From an uncultured archaeon (lineage in GTDB: Archaea > Thermoplasmatota > Penumbrarchaeia > JASLWR01): 64,000 bases of DNA. The stretch covers positions 42,421 to 106,420 of the forward strand of contig CAYFHS010000012.1 in NCBI GenBank assembly GCA_964342815.1, given 5' to 3'. Both the position numbers and the translations under genes were made by a program. Under the pieces are notes generated by a model. It made no database searches. It worked only from the letters and a program-made list of their open reading frames with translations, and was not told the origin of the DNA. Of the stretch, positions 17,963-25,724 are shown piece after piece. Positions within the stretch are counted from its first letter, which is position 1; each line of letters begins with the position of its first letter.

Positions 17963-20900
17963 GTGTCCTCGATGTTAGAGTTTACCAACAGCTCTCTAAA
18001 AAAGGCCCTACTCGGGTTTGTCGTAGCCCTGCTATTTCTGATACCAATTATAATAGACGCTGAATCTCCGACATCCGGTGGAAAATTGCATGTACATATA
18101 GAAAACGTACAAGAAAATGACCCAATTTCGAATGTAAATGGCGAACCGACCAGCGGCATTACAGGAACCAGGAGTATATTGATCGAGGAGAGTTTCGAGA
18201 GCTACGATAATCTGGACAATACCAGCACCACTGCATTATTGTCCGATGGCAAGGCAATGCTATCGAGAACCCCGGCACCCGATAAAAAGACAACAATAAG
18301 CATTGACCTTGACTGGCTTTCGAATCCTGTCCATACTTATCCCTTTCATCCCAACGCCATGACCTATGATCCAATGATTCCATGTCTGGTTCTATCACTC
18401 CAGGGTCCAAAGGTACTGTACCGTGTAAATCTGGACAATGGAGACAAGCTCGATGAGATTCCAACCATAAGCAACAATAATAGCGGGATTGCGTACAACG
18501 GGGATTATTACTATTACTCTGTGGGTGCTGACTCCGATTCCAGTAAACCTGACGTATATAAATATCAAAAGGGCCAGGATAAGACCGCTGAATTTATTTC
18601 CAGTAAATCCAGCAAGGATGGATATCCCCTTACAGTGGTGGGCAATTATATTTACAGGGGAAAGGGCTATGAAGACGGAAGCAAGGATTGGGGGAAAATA
18701 AACCAGTTAGAAAAGGTGTCTTTGGCGGAACCAGACAAGGTATTGAGCACCTTCCAGCTGGGATTTACGGGGATGACCGATCTCGCTTTCGATGGCAAAT
18801 ACATCTGGGTGCTTGTTAACAGCTCTGATAAAGTCTCTTTATATCAATTTGATACGGATGGGAACAGCATTGGGACCTTCAAGGACTTTTATACTCCGAG
18901 AGCCGGGCTCAAACCATGCGGCCTTGCTTACGTTGATGGTACGGGGGATGAAGAAGATTCCCTGTATGTACTACTATACAAGGAGAGGGGCGAACCCGAT
19001 AACAGCCAATTGTTAAGGGTGAAGATGACAAGTCGTTATCAGTTAGAAGACACGATAATTTCGAAAACCTATGATGATTTCGAGGAACCATTATATGCAG
19101 TAAAATTCGAAGCTGTAACAACGACAACATCCTCAACCACTCTAGAATATTTCTATTCCAAAGAGAATGGAATAAATTGGGAGGAGGCAAATCTGAACGA
19201 ATGGATCGATTTCGAAGAACCGGTGAACAAACTTTCCTATAAGATAATATTGGGTACACGAAATCACGAAAAAACTCCTACATTATCCAACCTGAAAGTG
19301 CTGAAGAACGAGGTAGAAACTCCCGTTGCCAACTCCCCCACACATAATTTTTGGGCCAACACAGCGAACGTGAATTTCAAATGGACCTTCAATGATCCAA
19401 ACGAAGGTGACGCACAGGCGGCATTCGAGATTGAATTAGCTGAAAGTGACACGTTCAGCACGATTTACCGGGAACAGACCGTAACAAGCTTGGAAAGAAG
19501 CCATACTTTCACCGAAAATTTAAAAGACGGATTATTTTACTGGAGAGTTCGAACAAAGGACGATCACAATCAATGGAGCGCCTTTTCCGACCCATTCCTC
19601 GTCAATGTAAATTGGATATCTCCAGTGGGAAGTGTGATCATTAACAATGACAACCTTACCACCGATGACCGGAAAGTAGAATTGACCCTCGCTGCAGATG
19701 GTACCTACCCAGGCGTCATAGAGATGTATATCAGCAATAACCCCGCGGCTCCCAAAGACGGATCAGCATGGGAAATTTACGTGACAAGTTTCAACTGGAC
19801 CTTGGATAAGGAACTTGGTGAGAAAACAGTCCATGTCTGGTACCGTGACGAAAACGATCTGAAAAGTACTGTTGCAAAGGCCACCATCACTCTAGAAGAA
19901 AAAGCCGTCGATGTCGATACGGGAATTCTGGGTTGGGGAAAGATCGGAGCGGATTCAAAGGGGTATGGGGGCGTTGATATTTTTTACATCGTTCTCATCT
20001 TGGTTTTAATCGTTATCGTAGTAGTAGTGATCTTTGTAATAAAGAACAGAGGTGGAGGAGATTATTACGACGATGACTATGACGATGATGATGAAGAGGA
20101 GGAAGATGATCTGGATGTTCTGGAACAGATCCGTCGGAAGCGGAAGAAGGAAATGGGTGCGGAAATAAAGGAAGAGAAAGAGGACGTGATAGAGGAGGAA
20201 GAAGAGGAGGAAGAGAAATTCGAGAAAAAAGCCCACGGCCGCTATACCGACCTTTCAACGGAAGACGATTTTTCCATGGGCACCAGTCGTTACGGTGTTC
20301 CAGAAGAAGAAGAAAAAAAAGAAGAAAAGGAACTCAGCGGTCCGTATTCCATGAAATCATTGGAGGACGATTTCTCATTGGAACCCCAGAGATACGGGGG
20401 CCCTCCTTCCTTGGATGATTTCATGAAGAATATCGAGGACATGAGTGAAGAACCTCAAGCAGAAGAGAAAAAGTCCGCATCCATGCCCAAGGAAAAAGAA
20501 AAGACGCTCTCAAAAGAGGAAGCAAAGAAAGCCAGGGAACAGATAGAAATGCTGAAAAAACGCCGCCTGGACATTCTGGATTCATTGAGGTCAACTACAG
20601 ACAGCCGCAGACAGAAAGCACTTGAGCAGCAAATGGACGATATTCAGCAGCTGATTATTGGATTGAGAAAACATCTTCCCGCTGACGAAGAAGTGGACGA
20701 AGTCACTGAAGAGGAAGCCCCACCCACGGTAGAGGCGGAAAAGATTGAGGTAATGGATGTACCCAGCGATATAAAGGACCAGTTGAAAGAGGGAGCGAGA
20801 CGAGATAAAAAACGCGGGGTTGGCTTTGGATTTCTGGACCAAGAAGTAGCAGACACGGAAGAAAAAACCTCGCAACAACAACCGATATCTCCGGAAGTCC

Positions 20901-22069
20901 AAGCGAGGTTGGCACAGATACTCCAACAGTTACAGGTACTTCAACAGCAGCAGCTTGCGGTGCAGAACCAGATGCGGCAAACATCCGAACCCGGACAGCA
21001 GAGATTATTGAATCAACAGGTACAGGTGATGGCACAACAACAGCAGGCATTGCAGCAGGAAGCTCAAAGACTTCAACAACAGTCACAGCAAAAGTCACCC
21101 ACGGAGGAAAAGACCGCAATATCACCCGAAGTGGAAGCTAAACTGGCACAGATTCTTCAACAGCTGCAGGTCCTGGCTCAACAGAAAATGGCAGTACAGA
21201 ACCAGATGCGGCAGACTGCGGATCCTCAGATGCAGCAGACACTTAACCAGCAGTACCAGACCATAACGCAGCAACAACAGACATTGCAGCAGCAGGCGCA
21301 GTTACTTCAACAACAGGCTGCAGCGCTTCAACCTGAAGCAGCAGCACCACAGCCCGAACCGGCGGTAGCACCTTCGGACGTGGAGGCAAAGGCAAGACAG
21401 ATACTTCAGCAACTTCAGGCACTTGCTCAACAGCAGATAGCGATACAGAATCAGATGCGGCAGACCACAGACCCGGCGCAAAAACTGACATTGGCTCAGC
21501 AGGATCAAGCTTGCAAACAGCAGATGGAAGCTCTGAAAGCACAGGCTGCAGCGCTTCATCAGCAGTCTCAGTACCAACCACCGGCTCCTCCCCAGGAAGA
21601 GGCGCCGCCACCTGCTCCGACTCCCGAGATGGAGGCAAAGTTGAGACAGATACTAGGACAGCTACAGGCAATTCAGGAGCAGCAGGCAGTGGTACAAAAT
21701 CAACTTTCACAGACACAAGACCCGGGACAACAACAGGCTTTAAGTTCACATTATCAGTCACTTCAGCAGCAAGCTATGGCATTGAAACAGCAAGCGGAAG
21801 CAGTACAACAACAGGCAGCGGGAACCCCTGCACCACCAGCCCAAGCACCGGCTCCGCAACCTGCACCACAGAATGCACAGGCACAATATAACGCCGTGGC
21901 CCAACAGTACCAGACCCTGCAGCAGCAGAGTGCCGCCATCCAGCAGCAGCTTCAGCAGGCCAGGGATCCCGGGCAGCAGCAGGCCCTTATGCAGCAGTAT
22001 CAGGCCGTACAACAGCAGCTCGGCCCACTGGGCCAGCAGCTTCAACAGCTGCAGGCTGCACAACGATAG
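17963..22069 (+). CDS. bitopic giant membrane protein: extracellular beta-propeller-like and FN3-like domains, one TM, and a 674-aa cytoplasmic acidic + Q-rich repeat tail
   Basis: 1368 aa. The track start is GTG 17963, but ATG 17972 (MLEF...) has a better GAAGGTG spacer. Signal/anchor LLGFVVALLFLIPIII; mid-protein TM IVLILVLIVIVVVVIFVI (about nt 19973-20041); downstream DYYDDDYDDDDEEEEDD followed by the Q-rich repeats. Confidence 0.85.
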   Translation: MSSMLEFTNSSLKKALLGFVVALLFLIPIIIDAESPTSGGKLHVHIENVQENDPISNVNGEPTSGITGTRSILIEESFESYDNLDNTSTTALLSDGKAMLSRTPAPDKKTTISIDLDWLSNPVHTYPFHPNAMTYDPMIPCLVLSLQGPKVLYRVNLDNGDKLDEIPTISNNNSGIAYNGDYYYYSVGADSDSSKPDVYKYQKGQDKTAEFISSKSSKDGYPLTVVGNYIYRGKGYEDGSKDWGKINQLEKVSLAEPDKVLSTFQLGFTGMTDLAFDGKYIWVLVNSSDKVSLYQFDTDGNSIGTFKDFYTPRAGLKPCGLAYVDGTGDEEDSLYVLLYKERGEPDNSQLLRVKMTSRYQLEDTIISKTYDDFEEPLYAVKFEAVTTTTSSTTLEYFYSKENGINWEEANLNEWIDFEEPVNKLSYKIILGTRNHEKTPTLSNLKVLKNEVETPVANSPTHNFWANTANVNFKWTFNDPNEGDAQAAFEIELAESDTFSTIYREQTVTSLERSHTFTENLKDGLFYWRVRTKDDHNQWSAFSDPFLVNVNWISPVGSVIINNDNLTTDDRKVELTLAADGTYPGVIEMYISNNPAAPKDGSAWEIYVTSFNWTLDKELGEKTVHVWYRDENDLKSTVAKATITLEEKAVDVDTGILGWGKIGADSKGYGGVDIFYIVLILVLIVIVVVVIFVIKNRGGGDYYDDDYDDDDEEEEDDLDVLEQIRRKRKKEMGAEIKEEKEDVIEEEEEEEEKFEKKAHGRYTDLSTEDDFSMGTSRYGVPEEEEKKEEKELSGPYSMKSLEDDFSLEPQRYGGPPSLDDFMKNIEDMSEEPQAEEKKSASMPKEKEKTLSKEEAKKAREQIEMLKKRRLDILDSLRSTTDSRRQKALEQQMDDIQQLIIGLRKHLPADEEVDEVTEEEAPPTVEAEKIEVMDVPSDIKDQLKEGARRDKKRGVGFGFLDQEVADTEEKTSQQQPISPEVQARLAQILQQLQVLQQQQLAVQNQMRQTSEPGQQRLLNQQVQVMAQQQQALQQEAQRLQQQSQQKSPTEEKTAISPEVEAKLAQILQQLQVLAQQKMAVQNQMRQTADPQMQQTLNQQYQTITQQQQTLQQQAQLLQQQAAALQPEAAAPQPEPAVAPSDVEAKARQILQQLQALAQQQIAIQNQMRQTTDPAQKLTLAQQDQACKQQMEALKAQAAALHQQSQYQPPAPPQEEAPPPAPTPEMEAKLRQILGQLQAIQEQQAVVQNQLSQTQDPGQQQALSSHYQSLQQQAMALKQQAEAVQQQAAGTPAPPAQAPAPQPAPQNAQAQYNAVAQQYQTLQQQSAAIQQQLQQARDPGQQQALMQQYQAVQQQLGPLGQQLQQLQAAQR
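20520..22066 (+). repeat. 6 copies of a helix-turn-helix hairpin repeat of about 80 aa (one ancestral copy, then five Q-rich copies) separated by P/A/Q linkers
   Basis: The copies align on ...QILQQLQ[VA]L[AQ]QQ...[AV]QNQMRQT[STA][DE]P.QQ..L.QQ[YV]Q...QQQQ.LQQ.... A non-Q-rich copy (AREQIEMLKKRRLDILDSLRSTTDSRRQKALEQQMDDIQQLI) precedes them. Linkers include QPEAAAPQPEPAVAP and PPAPPQEEAPPPAPTP. Confidence 0.8.
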
Positions 22070-22131
22070 AATGTCCCTTTCGACCTATTCAATATCGTAG
22101 ATATTTTCCATATATCACTTGGGGGAATTAA

Positions 22132-23082
22132 ATGAAGGATAATAAAAAGGTCTTCAGAAAGACCGAATCCGGTCTGAACTGCCCGAACTGCAGCCAGTTC
22201 ATGGGCCCGTTCAAAGTTTGCCCATACTGCAGGACAAAGGTAAAGAACCGCCTGGATATCAGGACCTTCAAGGCTATTAGCGTTGTTGTTGCCGTAGTGG
22301 GGATCGCCTTCTTATTGGTCTGGGCCAACATGAAAGATCGGGAAAAGTGGGATATTGAGGATCTGACCAAACGCCAGAATTACGCGTACCTAGAATTCAA
22401 CGGTACCGTGGTGGAAGATTCTCGTTATTATGTTTCATTCGGAGCGGAAGGGGAAAGACTCCCCGGTTCCCTAAGTTTCCGTTTTGACGATGGAACCGGG
22501 ATAATGGAGGTAAAAGCATACCAGGAGGTTGCCAAGGACCTTGTCAAAGAAAAGATGATCCCTGTTAGAGGCGACAGCATAAAAATTTCCGGCCCCGTCA
22601 ACTATCGCGGCAACGACATGACGCTGCTGCTGCAGGATTGGACAGCCCTCGAGATCGAGAGACCCGATCCCGATATTACCGTAACTATCGCAGACATTTA
22701 TGAGAATCCGGATGAAGATGCCTTTCCATTTGGAAAGATGATAAAAGTATCCGGTCTTTTAACTGGAGCGGTATTTGTGGCAGAAGATCTTGAAACGGAT
22801 TTTGCTGACAAGGTCGGTAATATGAAAATTCTGATAAAGGACGAGAATGACAACACAGCCATTATTCATGTGGCCCAATCTCTCTACTCACCATATTATC
22901 TCTATAACGAAGAAGTTGGCGCTGGAGAATATAACTTATATGAAGTGGGGACTGAACTCATAACGGTTACCGGTCATCTCGTCTGGGACAAGTATGCGCC
23001 CAACGAGGTTACGGGCGGGAAGGGGAACTGGGTTATTGAACCACAGAGACTGGAAGACGTACATCTGGAGGTGGTTTCATAG
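22132..23082 (+). CDS. Zn-ribbon / single-TM / extracellular tandem OB-fold-like protein (2 OB-like modules)
   Basis: 316 aa. GGGGG RBS. N-terminal CPNC...CPYC, TM ISVVVAVVGIAFLLVWA, then segments with an OB (tRNA_anti-like) pattern: YAYLEFNGTVVED...LSFRFDDGTGIMEVKAY...IPVRGDSIKISGPVNY and GKMIKVSGLLTG...MKILIKDENDNTAIIHV...ELITVTGHLVW. Confidence 0.65.
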   Translation: MKDNKKVFRKTESGLNCPNCSQFMGPFKVCPYCRTKVKNRLDIRTFKAISVVVAVVGIAFLLVWANMKDREKWDIEDLTKRQNYAYLEFNGTVVEDSRYYVSFGAEGERLPGSLSFRFDDGTGIMEVKAYQEVAKDLVKEKMIPVRGDSIKISGPVNYRGNDMTLLLQDWTALEIERPDPDITVTIADIYENPDEDAFPFGKMIKVSGLLTGAVFVAEDLETDFADKVGNMKILIKDENDNTAIIHVAQSLYSPYYLYNEEVGAGEYNLYEVGTELITVTGHLVWDKYAPNEVTGGKGNWVIEPQRLEDVHLEVVS

Positions 23083-23129
23083 CCGAGAAGATCGAAGAAA
23101 CCGAGAAAAAGCCAGTTGGGAAGGAAGAA

Positions 23130-24380
23130 GTGCTGGCCGCAGGCAAGAAACAATGTCCCGCTTGCGGTAAATACGTTGACAAGGAACGCCGTATCTGCCC
23201 CGAGTGTACCGCACATTTCAGCTACCGCATAAAGGAATCTACCCTGGTGAAATTCTCATCTATATTTGTTGTAATAGGCGTCGTATTCTTTCTGATAGCA
23301 GCATATTGGCCAACAGGTATAACCGACGTGGAAGACATGGACCGATATGACAATTTCTCAATCATGACTTTCAAGGGAAAGGTGGTTGAAGCACCCGACT
23401 ACGACGTTTATCCTTACCAGGAATACGGTGAGATGAAATTAAATATAAGCGACGAGACAGGTTATTTACAAGTACTATGCAACAGCGGGGTGACCGAGAG
23501 TCTGATAAAGAGCGGAAAGATACCAGCCGTTGGCGACACCGTGGAAGTGACAGGGCGAGTTCTTTTCATTGAGTCCGTGTCCCCCGGGGCATGGAAAAAC
23601 ATCACTCTTTCAAATCAAGGCCTCAAATTATATCTTAAAGGGGAAGCAGAACTAAAGGGGCGGGAAGATGCGTTCAAACGGGTGGAGGTGATGTACGAGG
23701 ATAACATCAAGATATTTCCCAACAAATACACGAAAAAGTCGATTTCCAATATTGCCGGAAAACCCAAAGAAACCTTTGAAATTGGCACAAAAGTTGTGGT
23801 GAGCGGAAAAGTTGTTTCTGTTTTAACAGATTACCCCACTGCTTATCAGTTCCATATCGGTGACGAAGATAATGCAAAAAATCTCATGGTATATGTTCCA
23901 AAGGGTCTCGTTCAACTATCTGGCATTGAATTAGAATCGGAAGAAGATATCATTTTCAATATAAAACCGGGTTCGGATGTTACAATAATCGGTGCTTTGA
24001 TATATTATGACAATAAAGAGATATGGGAATTGGTACCAACATCTGTGGGGACGAAAATCAAAGTGGGTGGAAATCCGTGTTTCGAAGTTACTCAAGAGGA
24101 TTCTTCGTTTACATTTACCGTGGACAAAATAATGTCCAACAAGGGATTGTACGAGAATGCACGCGTAGGATTGAATAATGTCAAAATAGTAAATAAAAAC
24201 TATAAATTGTATGTTAAAGACCAGGGTGGTACGGATGAAATTGTTCTTTTCAGCTATGGAAGTTTAGGAGAATATAATACAGGTGACATCGTTAACGTCG
24301 AAGGGCAATTTATATATTATGAAGGAAAAAAGATATGGGAAATTAAACTAAATGCCGATGATATCAGGGAGGTGGTCTGA
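23130..24380 (+). CDS. paralogous Zn-ribbon / single-TM / extracellular OB-fold-like protein (3 OB-like modules)
   Basis: 416 aa with a GTG start. CPACGKYVDKERRICPEC, TM FSSIFVVIGVVFFLIAAYW, then three units such as MTFKGKVVEAP...MKLNISDETGYLQVLC...PAVGDTVEVTGRVLF, KVVVSGKVVSV...FHIGDEDNAKNLMVYV...SDVTIIGALIYY and ...LYVKDQGGTDEIVLFSY...GDIVNVEGQFIYY. Confidence 0.65.
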   Translation: MLAAGKKQCPACGKYVDKERRICPECTAHFSYRIKESTLVKFSSIFVVIGVVFFLIAAYWPTGITDVEDMDRYDNFSIMTFKGKVVEAPDYDVYPYQEYGEMKLNISDETGYLQVLCNSGVTESLIKSGKIPAVGDTVEVTGRVLFIESVSPGAWKNITLSNQGLKLYLKGEAELKGREDAFKRVEVMYEDNIKIFPNKYTKKSISNIAGKPKETFEIGTKVVVSGKVVSVLTDYPTAYQFHIGDEDNAKNLMVYVPKGLVQLSGIELESEEDIIFNIKPGSDVTIIGALIYYDNKEIWELVPTSVGTKIKVGGNPCFEVTQEDSSFTFTVDKIMSNKGLYENARVGLNNVKIVNKNYKLYVKDQGGTDEIVLFSYGSLGEYNTGDIVNVEGQFIYYEGKKIWEIKLNADDIREVV

Positions 24381-25724
24381 GTGAACATGCCGCTTGATCT
24401 GATGCTTTTTACCATTGCAATTACCACAGTTGCCGCCGTGGTCGGGGGTCTCATTACAATGATGTTCCCTGGAATGCACGTTTACAACCTTTTGGGATTC
24501 ATGATGATATTTTCCATGGCCACGGTGGAGAGCATTAACCCGATCTATCTGGCGTCTATCATAGTTGGATTGATGCTGGGTTACATCATGACCTTCTCTT
24601 CCATAAGTACTCTTTATTTCCAGGCACCCGACGACTCCACAATGTTCTTCATGATGCCTTCCCAGAAATACATGATGAAGGGAAAGGGGCATGCAGCTGC
24701 CGTGCTGGGTGCTGTTGGCTCGCTTGTTGGAGTTCTCATCGTGGTGGTGGGTCTCCCACTGGGAGGATTCATAATCAAGATATTTTACGATGTGTTCAAA
24801 GAAGCAATGTTCTTTCTCACCGGTATCGTGATCTGCTTCATCCTCATGTCCGAATGGCCCAAGGATTTCGGACAGGGACAGACCAAGTGGCAGCGGATGA
24901 GGGACGGGTGGTCCACTCTCATGTGGGGATATCTGGTGTTCTTCCTGGCCTCAATACTCGGTATAATAAACTTCAATAAACCGCTCATTCCGGCATCCAA
25001 CGCCTTTCAGAGTCTGGCGCCCATCTTTATCGGTCTTTTTGCCATTCCCTCCATGATCACCAACGTGATATCGAAGACAAACATTCCGCCGCAGTTCGTT
25101 TCCAAAAGCGTCCATCTAAGAGCCCATCATATTATTCAGAGCGGGGTATCCGGTGCGGCAGGAGGTCTGTACGGCGCTGTAACACCTGGAGTGACCCCGG
25201 GCCCATCTGGTTATATGGCGGGCCACGCGACAGCACAGAGCGGAGAGACGAATTTTCTAATGTCTATGAACGTGAACAGGATAGTGTATTACGTTGGGGC
25301 GGCCACGCTGCTGCTGCACCCCGACGTTCACCTAAGGAGAGGCGGGGTATCCATGTTCATTGACCTTTTCGGCTACTCTCCCAAGAGCTCCGCGGATTAC
25401 TATCTCGTAATCTCAGCCCTATGTTTCGCAGCATTTTTCTCGTTCATTCTGATACTTGGTTTGTCCAGGGTGGCGGGGAAATTCGTGAGAAAGCTCGACT
25501 TCAGAATAATATCAATAATCAGTATCGTGGTGCTTGTGATCATTGTGGTGCTGTTCACCTCATGGCAGGGCCTGATAGTCCTCACCGTTGCTTCCGGACT
25601 CGGTCTCTTACCGGTTCTTTTCCAGACTCGCAGGATGAATCTTCTCGCAGTTCTGCTGACACCCATGTTCCTCAATATGAGCGGTGCCGGCGGTACCGTT
25701 GCAAAATTACTGGGGTTGATATAG
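24381..25724 (+). CDS. polytopic integral membrane protein, DUF112/TctA-like (tentative)
   Basis: 447 aa with about 10-12 hydrophobic spans. GTG start directly after the upstream TGA, with GGGAGGTGG 7 nt upstream. The motifs GGLITMMFPGMHVYN and GAVTPGVTPGPSG recall the paired G-x-x-PG-x-H/S motifs of archaeal TctA-family (COG1784-type) proteins. Confidence 0.55.
   Translation: MNMPLDLMLFTIAITTVAAVVGGLITMMFPGMHVYNLLGFMMIFSMATVESINPIYLASIIVGLMLGYIMTFSSISTLYFQAPDDSTMFFMMPSQKYMMKGKGHAAAVLGAVGSLVGVLIVVVGLPLGGFIIKIFYDVFKEAMFFLTGIVICFILMSEWPKDFGQGQTKWQRMRDGWSTLMWGYLVFFLASILGIINFNKPLIPASNAFQSLAPIFIGLFAIPSMITNVISKTNIPPQFVSKSVHLRAHHIIQSGVSGAAGGLYGAVTPGVTPGPSGYMAGHATAQSGETNFLMSMNVNRIVYYVGAATLLLHPDVHLRRGGVSMFIDLFGYSPKSSADYYLVISALCFAAFFSFILILGLSRVAGKFVRKLDFRIISIISIVVLVIIVVLFTSWQGLIVLTVASGLGLLPVLFQTRRMNLLAVLLTPMFLNMSGAGGTVAKLLGLI

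Noticed and set aside
20703-21891. ORFs on both strands within the Q-rich region (20703..21125, 21243..21761, 21511..21891).
   Set aside because: CAG/CAA-rich DNA is open in several frames. Only the 17963..22069 frame is continuous with the upstream domains and shows the repeat structure.
20882-22066. The Q-rich region could be a simple CAG microsatellite expansion or an assembly artefact.
   Set aside because: Gln codons alternate between CAA and CAG. The units are about 240 nt long and diverged, and they keep non-Q anchor residues (MRQT.DP), which is inconsistent with recent slippage.
25421-25723. The N-terminal 101 codons of the track ORF 25421..26812.
   Set aside because: This part lies entirely inside the 24381..25724 membrane-protein gene in another frame. 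The family-typical N-terminus (VKGLTHYIVG...) begins at GTG 25724, which overlaps the upstream stop.
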